From an uncultured delta proteobacterium (lineage in GTDB: Bacteria > Desulfobacterota > Syntrophia > Syntrophales > UBA2185): a stretch of 64,000 nucleotides of DNA. Positions within the stretch are counted from its first letter, which is position 1. Each line of letters opens with the position of its first letter. A program made the position numbers and the translations under genes. The stretch is taken from contig CAVOID010000009.1 of assembly GCA_963695875.1 (NCBI GenBank), forward strand, positions 1 through 64,000, read 5' to 3'. Below are positions 20,470-29,850 of the stretch, piece after piece. Under the pieces are notes generated by a model that worked only from the letters and a program-made list of their open reading frames with translations, was not told the DNA's origin and did no database searches.

Positions 20470-20505
20470 CTTGCGAATCTCCTTATGATTCTCCTTTTAT
20501 AACAC

Positions 20506-20533
20506 TTATCGGCAAGAAGACAACAAAACTTTA
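20506..20533 (-). promoter_or_regulatory. sigma28 promoter of flgM-flgN-flgK-flgL-csrA-fliW
   Basis: TAAAGTTT-N12-GCCGATAA on minus strand. Confidence 0.92.
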
Positions 20534-20551
20534 ATAAAAACCTCTTCTATC

Positions 20552-20682
20552 GAGACCTTTGTGAAAGAGCCTTCTCCGAGTGAAAAACCCTCATGTTCTT
20601 CACTAAAAGAATATATATTTAAAATATTTAAACGATATGCCTACCGCATATTGTGGAGTTTAAAAAGATTTTTAAAGCTCTC
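20552..20682. mobile_element. MITE-like relic
   Basis: GAGACCTTTG...TAAAGCTCTC imperfect terminal inverted repeats filling the flgJ-flgM spacer. Confidence 0.45.
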
Positions 20683-20688
20683 AGTATA

Positions 20689-21021
20689 TTAGCGATGTTT
20701 GTTTAACTGTTCAAAAAGGGTTTGCTGCAAGCCTACTTCCTTTCTGTTATTTGCCATCTCTTCGGCAACTTTTTGATCAAACAGCATATTATAAGTATCT
20801 TTACCGGGACTCTGTTTAAAATAACCACTTTGAGGGATGCTTTGCCTCATTGTCTTAAACATGTAATAGGTAAAGATAGACTCGAAATCGGCACAAACCT
20901 TTCTCAGTTTTTTTTCTTTTTCGAGAACGTCTTTACCCTCTGCTAAGCCAGTCCTTTTCTGAGGAAGCTCCTGATTCGTGACCTGCGATTTCACTGCTGC
21001 AACATCAGCCATGATGCTCAA
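20689..21021 (-). CDS. flgJ: FlgJ rod-binding domain protein (no muramidase domain)
   Basis: LRKVCADFESIFTYYMFKTMRQSIP, YNMLFDQKVAEEM, GLQQTLFEQL. Confidence 0.9.
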   Translation of the reverse strand: MSIMADVAAVKSQVTNQELPQKRTGLAEGKDVLEKEKKLRKVCADFESIFTYYMFKTMRQSIPQSGYFKQSPGKDTYNMLFDQKVAEEMANNRKEVGLQQTLFEQLNKHR

Positions 21022-21079
21022 CCTTCTTGTAACTCATCCCATCTTTTATGAGAACTTCGCAAAAATTCAATATAATCCT

Positions 21080-22300
21080 TCATATAAGCCTCAAATCAGC
21101 CTGAAGCGCCCCTGCAGCTTTTATAGTCTGCATAATGGTAATGAGATCCCTCGGCGAAACGCCGATTGCATTGAGCGCCCTCACAACTTCTTGAATAGTA
21201 ACACCCCTCGGTACTACCAGTAACTGCTTCTTTTCCTCCGCCACGGTTACATGACTCTCAGGTGTCACTACCGTCTGCCCTCCAGGAGCCATTATCACAC
21301 CTCCTTTTTTGGTCGGTGCACTCCCAGCAGGCGTTTTAGGAGCGAATGGAAGCGGCTGGGAAACCTTTTTTTCCTCTTTTATTTGAATACTGAGATTTCC
21401 ATGAGCTACAGCTACAGTAGATATCCTCACATTTTCGCCCATGACAACGGTGCCTGTCTTTTCATTCATAACTACAACAGCGACAGAATCAACAGGGACA
21501 TCGAGGTTTTCTACAAGCGAAACAAGCTGCACCATATTCATTCCCACATTCTCTTTTATCCTTACGGTAACCGAACTCGAATCAAGAAGCTTTGCCTCGA
21601 CATTCTTCATTGAAGTGTTGATCACCTCTGCTAAATGAGTTGATGTTGTGAAGTCAGGCTGATAGAGATTTATGGTCAACATTCTGCTTTTCTGAAATTC
21701 ATAAGACAATTCTTTTTCCACAGTGGCACCGTTTGTAATTCGCCCGGCGGTAGTATGGTTCTTTGTGACCCCTCCGCCAGCGGCACCGCTTGCCGCAAAG
21801 CCGCCAATAGTAACCGCTCCCTGAGCAACGGCATAAACCTCACCGTCCGCTCCTTTAAGCGTAGTCATAAGCAATGTACCACCTTGAAGGCTCTTCGCAT
21901 TGCCAATAGAGGAGACATCCACATCTATCCTGGTTCCGCCCTTTACAAAAGGCGGGAGCTTTGCAGTCACCATAACGGCTGCTATATTGTCTGCCTTAAC
22001 ATCCCTGTCCCTCGGTATAACAAGCCCTTGACGGAATAACATATTAACAAGTGTTTCCTTTGTAAACCCGTTCTTTACGTCATCGCCCGTTCCATTCAAG
22101 CCGACGACGAGTCCGTAACCGATCAGCTGGTTATCCCTGACCCCGCCGATATTCGCAATGTCCTTTATTCTTGCAGCATGCACAATATCCGCCAAAATTA
22201 TGAAGGAGATGATACATGCAATTATTCCACAAATTGTTACTATTCTGATTGAACGTTTTACCATACTAATACCGCCTCTCAAGAACATTAGAATGGCCAT
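21080..22300 (-). CDS. flgI: P-ring protein FlgI (likely start 22264)
   Basis: ARIKDI..GVRDNQLIGYGLVVGLNGTGD, AKSLQGGTLL, NEKTGTVV, KAAGALQA. Confidence 0.97.
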   Translation of the reverse strand: MAILMFLRGGISMVKRSIRIVTICGIIACIISFIILADIVHAARIKDIANIGGVRDNQLIGYGLVVGLNGTGDDVKNGFTKETLVNMLFRQGLVIPRDRDVKADNIAAVMVTAKLPPFVKGGTRIDVDVSSIGNAKSLQGGTLLMTTLKGADGEVYAVAQGAVTIGGFAASGAAGGGVTKNHTTAGRITNGATVEKELSYEFQKSRMLTINLYQPDFTTSTHLAEVINTSMKNVEAKLLDSSSVTVRIKENVGMNMVQLVSLVENLDVPVDSVAVVVMNEKTGTVVMGENVRISTVAVAHGNLSIQIKEEKKVSQPLPFAPKTPAGSAPTKKGGVIMAPGGQTVVTPESHVTVAEEKKQLLVVPRGVTIQEVVRALNAIGVSPRDLITIMQTIKAAGALQADLRLI

Positions 22301-22983
22301 ACCCAGTCCGCAACGCGGGTAAGCCAGCCCGGCCTCATTTTGTCGTCTACTACACCCTTTCCTGTATAAACAATCTTAGCATCGGCAATATACTGTGACA
22401 GAATCGTGTTATCCGTTGCTATATCATCAGGTCTGACAATACCAGTGAGGATTATATACTGATCTTCAGCATTGACAGTTACTTGCCTTCTCCCCTCTAT
22501 GATGAAATTCCCATTCCCCAGGATATTTACAACTCTCGCCGATATTGTGGCAGTCAGATTGCCATCTCTACTGGTCTTTCCCGTTCCTTTGAGGGCATTG
22601 GAAGAAGTGCCGCCGACACTTATGCTGGTGGTACCCTTTCTGAGCAGATCCAGTATTGCCCCTTCATACCCCAAGAGGGAAGTAACGCCTGCGGCCGTAT
22701 TTGTGTCCCTGCTCGTGTCCGTACTTGCATTATTTCCTCCCACGGAGCTCTCACTCACTACAATTGTGACGATGTCGTTAACACGCTGTGCTCTTCTATC
22801 GGCGAAGAGAGAATTAACTGCATTTTCACCCGCCCAGATAGTTCCCGGTTGGGGCACCTTTTTAATCTCCGGTGGAATGATTTGGGGATGATCAGCCTTA
22901 ACATATAGGTTATGTGAACATCCTATAGTAAAGATCAAAATACAAAGGATGAATAAAGTTTTAATATATCTGGAACCTGTCAT
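22288..22983 (-). CDS. flgH: L-ring lipoprotein FlgH
   Basis: Lipobox TIGC; LFADRRA..DIVTIVVSE, GIVRPDDI..N...SQYIADA.I.Y.GKG, GWL. Confidence 0.96.
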   Translation of the reverse strand: MTGSRYIKTLFILCILIFTIGCSHNLYVKADHPQIIPPEIKKVPQPGTIWAGENAVNSLFADRRAQRVNDIVTIVVSESSVGGNNASTDTSRDTNTAAGVTSLLGYEGAILDLLRKGTTSISVGGTSSNALKGTGKTSRDGNLTATISARVVNILGNGNFIIEGRRQVTVNAEDQYIILTGIVRPDDIATDNTILSQYIADAKIVYTGKGVVDDKMRPGWLTRVADWVWPF

Positions 22984-22994
22984 GACATCGCCCC

Positions 22995-23724
22995 CTAAAA
23001 TTCTATCCTGACGGAGGAATCGTCAACAATCCTTGCATAAAACGTCTTATTTGATGATGTATTTCTCACTTTTATGAAATCGCCGCGGTTTCCATCTTCC
23101 TCACAGAGACCAAACGTCATGATCGTCATGGGACCGCTCTCGAGTACGATCTTTACCATCTTTCCACGTTTTATAGTCTTAATAGACTTGAGCATGTTCC
23201 TCTTGATTTCGGTATTCTGCCTCACATCACTGTAGAGGTGCTTCCCCACTACATCTTCTATCTGTGTCACGGTGTGTACCGGCATCTGGTTAAACCACTT
23301 CCGGACAAGCTTGACACTGTCGGAATCTATTTCCGAATCCCTCGGAAGGAATCTCGTGCTCACCACGACATCCATTGCTACTTCCATCCTAACGTGCATC
23401 GATTCCTCCCTCAAAAGTGTGCCGTCATCGTATATCCCCACGGTAAAATTTGAATCACCTATATAAGGTTCATCCTGCCTGCTTCTAACCTTGCAGCTGA
23501 TTTTTTCTCCCTGTATGCGCAGGTCGGATATTCTGCCTAGGAATTCGATCCTGCATACATCCCTGCTGCCAGGGCATATTCGTTTCTATATGATTCTTCA
23601 CTAACGCCTTTATCTCTGTTACTTTGATGATCGTAACATGCGCCGCAAACGATGATGAAACCGCAACAGTCAGAAAAAACATTATTGAAGAAAGGATCAA
23701 ACAGGTTAACGTACGAATTTTCAT
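22995..23724 (-). CDS. flgA: P-ring formation chaperone FlgA; +1 frameshift near 23553
   Basis: Signal peptide; SAF-like C-terminus IKRGKMVKIV..G.CEEDG.RGDFIKVRN.SS. Confidence 0.9.
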
Positions 23725-23752
23725 TGTCTCATCCTCAAACCTTATCGTTCTC

Positions 23753-24535
23753 TTACCGCTTTAAATTACTTACCATCTGCAGAATCTGGTCCGCTGTCTG
23801 AATCGCCTTAGTGTTTATCTCGTAAGCCCTTTGGCCGGCAATCATTTGAACCATCTCATCAACAACATTAACATTCGACATCTCGACGGCGTTCTGCGTG
23901 ATAGTGCCAAATCCTGTTTCCCCCGGGTTCCCTTTCACGGGAGATCCGGAACTATCCGATATATCGTAAAGGTTCCTACCGATACTTCTCAGTCCGGCAG
24001 GGTTGATAAAACGGACAAGTTCAATTCTGCCGCTTGCCAGTTTATTTTCTACTTTATCCCTCGCGTCCCATGTCCCATCGGGTAGTATCTGAAATTTGAC
24101 TGCATCCTGAGGAACGGTCACCTGCGGTATCAGCTTAAGACCTTCAGGATTGACCAAAACACCGTCCTTGTTGGTCATGAGGCTTCCCGCCTTTGAATAA
24201 ACCGTGCGTCCATTATCATCGAACTGGAAGAAGCCATCACCCTCGATGACCCAGTCATAAGCACTGTCAGTCTGCTTAAAATCGCCCTGTGTGAACATCT
24301 TTTTAGTTGCCGTTATTCTCGAACCCATACCAACTTCTACTCCGACCGGTATCTGGTTCCCTGACGACGTTTCCGATCCGGCTTTTTTACCTGCCTGGTA
24401 GAGTAGATCCTGAAATTCAGCCCTCGCTTTTTTAAAGCCTACCGTATTCACATTGGCAAGGTTATTCGCCACAACATCAAGGTTAATCTGTTGTGATTCC
24501 ATTCCGGTTGCTGCCGTCCATAAAGACCTTAACAT
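23753..24535 (-). CDS. flgG: distal rod protein FlgG
   Basis: MLRSLWTAATGM..NNLANVNTVGFKK..FQDLLYQ, EMSNVNVVDEMVQMI..QRAYEIN. Confidence 0.97.
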   Translation of the reverse strand: MLRSLWTAATGMESQQINLDVVANNLANVNTVGFKKARAEFQDLLYQAGKKAGSETSSGNQIPVGVEVGMGSRITATKKMFTQGDFKQTDSAYDWVIEGDGFFQFDDNGRTVYSKAGSLMTNKDGVLVNPEGLKLIPQVTVPQDAVKFQILPDGTWDARDKVENKLASGRIELVRFINPAGLRSIGRNLYDISDSSGSPVKGNPGETGFGTITQNAVEMSNVNVVDEMVQMIAGQRAYEINTKAIQTADQILQMVSNLKR

Positions 24536-24571
24536 AGAAAACCTCCCTTAATCATTATCCGCATGATCTCA

Positions 24572-25270
24572 TCATGCCAATTTTCCTATTTGACTCGTCG
24601 CTAATCTGTCTTGATCCGCTATCGTTTGTATGACCTTCTGGTAAACCTCCACAGAACGATGAAGATCAATCATATCCGCCATTTCTTTAACTACCTGCAC
24701 ATTTGATAGTTCAATATTCCCCTGCTTGATTACGGGGTCTTCTTTATCAACCATGCCGGCATTGCCCGCATCTGTAAAAAGACAACCTTCTATTTTAGCA
24801 AGTGCCTGTGGATTTTTGAAACTCACTATTTTCAAAGTATCGATCTGGTTGCCATCCACTGCTATATCGCCTTTATCGCTTATCTGAATTGCACCATCGG
24901 GAAGTTTGATTTTATTTCCGGACTTATTAAGCACATAATTACCTTCCGCCGTAATCAGGTTGCCATCCTTATCCAGTGTAAAAATACCCTGCCTTGTATA
25001 GGCGGTCTCAGTGCCAGACTGTACGGCAAAAAACCCCTCGCCATTGATAGCCATATCCAGGGCATTACCCGTCCGATAAATTGTACCTGGAGAATAATCG
25101 ACAACCACCTCAGGCATATACGTGACTGTCGAAGGGTCAACTGAATTGTGAAATATTTTCGTCATTTTAAAACCCGGTGTAGTCGCATTGGCAATATTGT
25201 TCGTGATGTAATCAAGCTGGTCAAAGCCACTCAGATAAACATTTGCCATCTCACCAATGCTGTAAATCAT
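24572..25270 (-). CDS. flgF: proximal rod protein FlgF
   Basis: NNIANATTPGFK, TGNALDMAINGEGFF, YTRQG.F, ELSNV; immediately upstream of flgG. Confidence 0.9.
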   Translation of the reverse strand: MIYSIGEMANVYLSGFDQLDYITNNIANATTPGFKMTKIFHNSVDPSTVTYMPEVVVDYSPGTIYRTGNALDMAINGEGFFAVQSGTETAYTRQGIFTLDKDGNLITAEGNYVLNKSGNKIKLPDGAIQISDKGDIAVDGNQIDTLKIVSFKNPQALAKIEGCLFTDAGNAGMVDKEDPVIKQGNIELSNVQVVKEMADMIDLHRSVEVYQKVIQTIADQDRLATSQIGKLA

Positions 25271-25305
25271 AATTTCTCTTCCTCTATGTTTTTATGCTTC
25301 TGATT

Positions 25306-25321
25306 TGCAATTCACATGCCA
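25306..25321 (-). promoter_or_regulatory. sigma54 -24/-12 promoter of flgF operon
   Basis: TGGCAT-GTGAA-TTGCA. Confidence 0.88.
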
Positions 25322-25502
25322 GTAACAAAAAAGATGTTTCGCTTTATTCCGCGATTCTCGACTTTAATCACTAAACAAATACGAATGCTTAAGATAAAGA
25401 TATTAAAGCATATTTTTAAGTTGTGCTTAGGAAGAATTGGCAGTCGCGTCAACAATCAGTATAATCGGAGTCAAAACAGATCAAGCCAGGTGGGTAAATT
25501 CT

Positions 25503-25799
25503 TTATTGCCGGGAAAATTTTTCCTCTCTCCGCTTTTCATTGAGTGAATAAACAAAGGCAAGGATTTCAGCAACAGCCTTATACAATACAGGAGGGATCT
25601 GCTCATCCATTTCTAGTTTACTTAAGATTTGAATGAGACTTGGGTCCTCTTTGATCGGTATCCCGTTTTTCTTTGCTATGCTGATTATCTTTTCCGCTAT
25701 GGTACCCCGACCTTTAGCGGTCACCACAGGGGCTGCATCCTTCTGGGGATCATACTTTAGCGCAGCTGCCAGGCGCACCTTTTCATCTTTCTTCATCAT
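25503..25799 (-). CDS. FlhB C-terminal-domain-like protein (FlhX/YlqH type)
   Basis: AAALKYD...APVVTAKGRG.IAEKII..A, IPP.LYKAVAEILAFVY. Confidence 0.9.
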   Translation of the reverse strand: MMKKDEKVRLAAALKYDPQKDAAPVVTAKGRGTIAEKIISIAKKNGIPIKEDPSLIQILSKLEMDEQIPPVLYKAVAEILAFVYSLNEKRREEKFSRQ

Positions 25800-25851
25800 A
25801 ACAATTTCCTGTCATTGTGTTACTAGAACTTTCGCAATAAGCCTTTTTCAC

Positions 25852-27003
25852 TTATGCAAAGAGATCGATTACGTCCCGAGTATACAATACCAGGCCCTGG
25901 TAGTAATCAATTTTTTCTTTGACTAAATCGTGCCCTACTACACATTTTACGGTATCGATCTCACAGCCTGCGGCGGAAAGACTCTCTCGAAGTTCTGTCA
26001 GAAAGGGAGATATGAAATCACATACCTCCTCACCCTCACATTTGATAAGACAGTCGATCTTATCTCCTTTCAATTTTGCCTCAATCGTCATTTCACCGAG
26101 AATGTCCATATCTAAAAAAAAGATTACGCGATATTGACCTTTATGTCCCTCTCCACTGGCATACCGGTCATATTCCACAAAAATATCACTTTTTCTGACA
26201 CCATCCGGAAAGAGAATAGGAATCTGGACTAAATACTTGCTTTCCGTTTCCTGCAAAACGACATTAATAATTTGATGAGATTCAATAGTTTTAATAGACG
26301 AATCTACATACTCAGAAAGGCTTTTCAGCCTTATGCTTTCTTCATGATCAAAGGATTCCTTTCCCACCAACAAATTATGAAGATCATCGGATAATTGCAT
26401 CAAAAGGCTTTTAAGGTTTTGCTGATGAAGATCGCTTTCACCTATACCCGATTCTCCCTCAAGAGCCTTCCTCAATTGACTTTCCGTTAACAAACCAAGA
26501 TTACTCAGATAATCTTTAACAAAATTAGTACCCTTTGCCTCTGGGGAAAGAAACAGTGATTTTATGATCTTAAATAAGTTCTGAAGATCTTCTTTGGGAA
26601 GATAGTGCAGGAGTTTGCCTAGATTCTCTGTATTAAATTGCCTAAAGGCCTCTGTTATCATTTGAGAGAGAGCATTCGGATTTGTCCTATACCATCTTAG
26701 AAAATCTGCGGCCCTGAATTCTTCCAGGTCACCTCTTCCCACAATACGTAAAATCACCTGAGGATTAAGGCTCTCCACCTTTACCAGAACCGTGTCACCC
26801 GCATTCAGATTCACTTCGCAGTTTGCCGGTAGATTGATATCCTTGAGCGTTATCAGTATCTTCTGATTACCCAATTTCTCAATAACACCGGCCTTGAGTA
26901 TTTCACCAATTGACAAATCTGAGTGAGTTACAGATGTCTTATTTTGGAATTGTACTTGATTTAGTTTATGACTGGAAAATGCGGGAATATAAATAAAAGA
27001 CAT
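25852..27003 (-). CDS. FliK-like (second hook-length-control-type) protein
   Basis: C-terminal YLVQIP..FFLDM..LG.M.IEA.L resembling the FliK C-domain; adjacent to the FlhX-like gene. Confidence 0.6.
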   Translation of the reverse strand: MSFIYIPAFSSHKLNQVQFQNKTSVTHSDLSIGEILKAGVIEKLGNQKILITLKDINLPANCEVNLNAGDTVLVKVESLNPQVILRIVGRGDLEEFRAADFLRWYRTNPNALSQMITEAFRQFNTENLGKLLHYLPKEDLQNLFKIIKSLFLSPEAKGTNFVKDYLSNLGLLTESQLRKALEGESGIGESDLHQQNLKSLLMQLSDDLHNLLVGKESFDHEESIRLKSLSEYVDSSIKTIESHQIINVVLQETESKYLVQIPILFPDGVRKSDIFVEYDRYASGEGHKGQYRVIFFLDMDILGEMTIEAKLKGDKIDCLIKCEGEEVCDFISPFLTELRESLSAAGCEIDTVKCVVGHDLVKEKIDYYQGLVLYTRDVIDLFA

Positions 27004-27017
27004 CAGACATTCTCATT

Positions 27018-27488
27018 TTAAGCCCTGTGTCTCGTCCTATCCAGGTCAATTATCAAATCTATCTCACCAACTGTTAATTCCAATTTCTGGGATATTTCCT
27101 TTTTCGTCAGACCCTGCCTGGACATGGCTATGACATCTTCATATCTCTTATCTAATGTATCTACAGCAGAATGATGGACCATTGACTTCAGCTTATCATA
27201 TTCAATTTGTGATTCTTCGACCAATGCTTTTAACTGTCCTTCCTTCTCATTCAAAGCATAGGCAATCTCTTTCAACGCTTTTCTGCTTTCATCCATAACT
27301 TCCAAAAGGTGATTCGTAGAGGTTTGGGACTCGTCCAGCAACTTCCTAAATTCCATGAAGGCATTTTCATCAGGTCCACTACGCCTTTTCTTGATTTCCC
27401 TATTGACGATAACAACCAGAATTATGATAGCAAGACACAGGATAAGATCAGTAATTAACAGACAAGCAAGTAGTAATTGTGTGCTCAT
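27018..27488 (-). CDS. membrane-anchored coiled-coil protein with C-terminal HTH-like motif (DUF6115/DUF2802/SwrB-like)
   Basis: N-terminal TM; YEDVIAMSRQGLTKKEISQKLELTVGEIDLIIDL. Confidence 0.7.
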   Translation of the reverse strand: MSTQLLLACLLITDLILCLAIIILVVIVNREIKKRRSGPDENAFMEFRKLLDESQTSTNHLLEVMDESRKALKEIAYALNEKEGQLKALVEESQIEYDKLKSMVHHSAVDTLDKRYEDVIAMSRQGLTKKEISQKLELTVGEIDLIIDLDRTRHRA

Positions 27489-27489
27489 T

Positions 27490-27810
27490 TCAAACCTTTA
27501 TATCAATCAACCCCCCATGTTCAACGTCATCCGGTTCTCTATTGTCCTGCTTCACGTCGATTTTTCCCATGCTTTCTTCCTCAGCTTTTGCCTTCTTCTG
27601 ACGTCTATGTTTTTCTTCTTCAGCCTTTATCTTCGATTTTTCCGTCTCTTCAGTATTTTTTACAGTCTCTTTCAGCTGCTTTCTCTCCTCACTCAACTGA
27701 ACGCTAAAGTACCTCTGCTGCATGTCTGGATGCTGCTGTTGTGCCTGTTGTACACGTTCCATTGAATTGGACTGTGTTAATATCTGTTGTAAATCAACGG
27801 ACCTTAGCAC
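27490..27810 (-). CDS. hypothetical Gln/Lys/Glu-rich flagellar-cluster protein
   Basis: SD GGAGGA and GTG start; RSVDLQQ N-terminus and GGLIDIKV C-terminus. Confidence 0.65.
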   Translation of the reverse strand: MLRSVDLQQILTQSNSMERVQQAQQQHPDMQQRYFSVQLSEERKQLKETVKNTEETEKSKIKAEEEKHRRQKKAKAEEESMGKIDVKQDNREPDDVEHGGLIDIKV

Positions 27811-27840
27811 GACTCCTCCATGCCTCTCTTTTCATTTTAA

Positions 27841-27990
27841 GAGACCTTTGAGAGATTGTTTTTCCCATCCTTACGAGACTTTTCAGCTCTGCGGGCAATC
27901 TTATGTTTAACAATAAGTCAGGGATTGCCTCCTTTCGCGTTCGCCCTAAACAAATTGCAAAGTACTTGCAATATACAACGTAAAGGCTCT
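27841..27990. mobile_element. MITE-like relic (degenerate right end)
   Basis: GAGACCTTTG...TAAAGGCTCT. Confidence 0.35.
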
Positions 27991-28049
27991 TCTGAACTAT
28001 TAATCGTCATAATATGTTATGAACTTTAGCCGTTGAGGCCACCTTTCAT

Positions 28050-28877
28050 CTACTTAGCGGGTATCAATACAGTAATCGTGTTTACCCCAGACTCACTTTT
28101 TATTTCAGAATGTGCACCCCATTTCTTCAACAATGAGAAAGCACATAATAATCCTATACCTCCGGGTATTTCCAAAGAAGAAATATCTGTTTGCGATTCT
28201 TCAAGTAATAGCTTCTTCTGATCCTCAGAAACTGGGATCCCTTGATTCTTAATTTTGATGCACACATTACCATTTTCAAATTGTGTCGAGATATATAACT
28301 CTTTTGCGGCACTTTCCTTCATCATATTTATTGAATATCTGATTAACGCTGAAAGGGCCAGGGAATAATCAGCGGAGGATCCTTTTACCTCCGGGATTTC
28401 TCTATCCAATTGCACAGTCTTCTTAATGCTATGCTTGAAATCCAGATAAAAATCAAAAAATTTCATTTCGAGTTCGATGAGCTCAGATAAGTTAATTTTC
28501 TGTATGTTTCTGTCACTTATTGCACAAAATTTTCCCGTAACATTCTGGAGGAGGCCGGAAAGTCTGTCAGCCTCGCGTGCTATGGATTCAACATCACGGA
28601 CCAGTTTTTGATTATTTTCTATATAAGATGAATCTTTTTCGGCATCTATTCTTTTCATAATTTCCATTAATTTTCTCTGCAAAAGCCTGGAGCGGCCCAT
28701 AATCCCATTTAAAGGATTAGCAAAATTGTGAACGATGCCGGGAACGAGTTCTTCAATAAATGTATCCTGAAACTCTTTCTCCAGAACGTTGTATATATCT
28801 TGATAATCCATATCTTCTCTATTCTTTACTCTGTTCTCCTGTTTGTTGAGCTTCCCCTTCTTAGATATATATCTCAC
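28050..28877 (-). CDS. sensor-less histidine-kinase-like protein with degenerate ATPase domain
   Basis: H-box GIVHNFANPLNGI; N-box and G1 degenerate (LSALIRYSIN, IKNQGIP); G2-like GGIGL. Confidence 0.75.
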   Translation of the reverse strand: MRYISKKGKLNKQENRVKNREDMDYQDIYNVLEKEFQDTFIEELVPGIVHNFANPLNGIMGRSRLLQRKLMEIMKRIDAEKDSSYIENNQKLVRDVESIAREADRLSGLLQNVTGKFCAISDRNIQKINLSELIELEMKFFDFYLDFKHSIKKTVQLDREIPEVKGSSADYSLALSALIRYSINMMKESAAKELYISTQFENGNVCIKIKNQGIPVSEDQKKLLLEESQTDISSLEIPGGIGLLCAFSLLKKWGAHSEIKSESGVNTITVLIPAK

Positions 28878-29212
28878 TTCCTTTTATCGATGATTATGTG
28901 TTGTAACATTTTCCATGCCTTATCCACCTTCTCTTCTTCGGAATCGCCAGCACTATCTTTTGTCGAACGTCCGGTAGAGTATATCGTAACAACGTTGCCT
29001 TCCTTGTCTTTGATTTCCCTCATGCCAATCTGGTCGTAAGGATTCGCTTCTTTGGCCTCCTTTTCCTGCTGCAGCATCATCTGAATTGTCTTATCACTTA
29101 CACCTGCTTTTTTTAACTTAATTATCTGATCAGGTGTCAGGGCATAGCAATGATTAAAAAAAATGCTCATAAAAAAATAAATCAACCCGACAAATACATA
29201 CTTAATTATCAT
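28874..29212 (-). CDS. small exported hypothetical protein
   Basis: Signal peptide ending CYA; LTPDQIIKLKKAGVSDKTIQMM. Confidence 0.7.
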   Translation of the reverse strand: MIIKYVFVGLIYFFMSIFFNHCYALTPDQIIKLKKAGVSDKTIQMMLQQEKEAKEANPYDQIGMREIKDKEGNVVTIYSTGRSTKDSAGDSEEEKVDKAWKMLQHIIIDKRK

Positions 29213-29277
29213 TATTTTTTCTCTCTATAGTTTGGTTACCTGAAGTTTATACTAATTCGTTTGAAGGAGCCGACGGA

Positions 29278-29799
29278 TTACAGTACCATAAATTTGGTGA
29301 AATATACTTCTTTTATTCCTCCACCCAGAAGCCCATTTAATTCATCCTGTATTTCCTTTTTTATTGTACTGTAAGAGCGTGAGGATGTTAGCATATTTGT
29401 ACCCTTATTCTTTAGGGCATTATATACCTTTTTTCTTAACTCTGATTTGTTTCCTGAAATATTTTTATCCGGATTCATCATAATGGCAATATCACAGACA
29501 AGTACCCTGTAGTGTCCCTGTTCGTCCTTAAGGTCGACGAAGAAACTATCCAGATTCTCTACATTGTCATTTATTGATCTGACTTCTGTAAATTCTGTGC
29601 CGTGATTTTTGCCTGAATCTTTCCCTGCCGGAAATATCAACAGAAAAATCCCTACAATCCCTGAGAATGCCAAAAGCAGTGATGCAGCGATAAACTTTTT
29701 TCTTATCAACCATCTTAATAATCTCCACCCTTGTTCTCTTTTTCCCGGCTTCTCCTTCACCTTCAGGGCCATGGAGATCAATTTCTTCCAAAAGATCAA
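29278..29799 (-). CDS. second, divergent FliL-like protein
   Basis: Single TM then LDSFFVDL..YRVL, LRKKVY..L, IKKEI...LN, IKEVYFTKFMVL; true start may lie upstream near 29818. Confidence 0.75.
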   Translation of the reverse strand: MIFWKKLISMALKVKEKPGKREQGWRLLRWLIRKKFIAASLLLAFSGIVGIFLLIFPAGKDSGKNHGTEFTEVRSINDNVENLDSFFVDLKDEQGHYRVLVCDIAIMMNPDKNISGNKSELRKKVYNALKNKGTNMLTSSRSYSTIKKEIQDELNGLLGGGIKEVYFTKFMVL

Positions 29800-29850
29800 G
29801 TTCTACTTTGCGAACCATATTACATAACCTTTTCCTGTGTCAATGAAACT

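Noticed and set aside
27955..27971. TTGCAAAGTACTTGCAA palindrome resembling a sigma54 site
   Set aside because: Lacks the invariant GG at -24 and lies inside a putative MITE relic.
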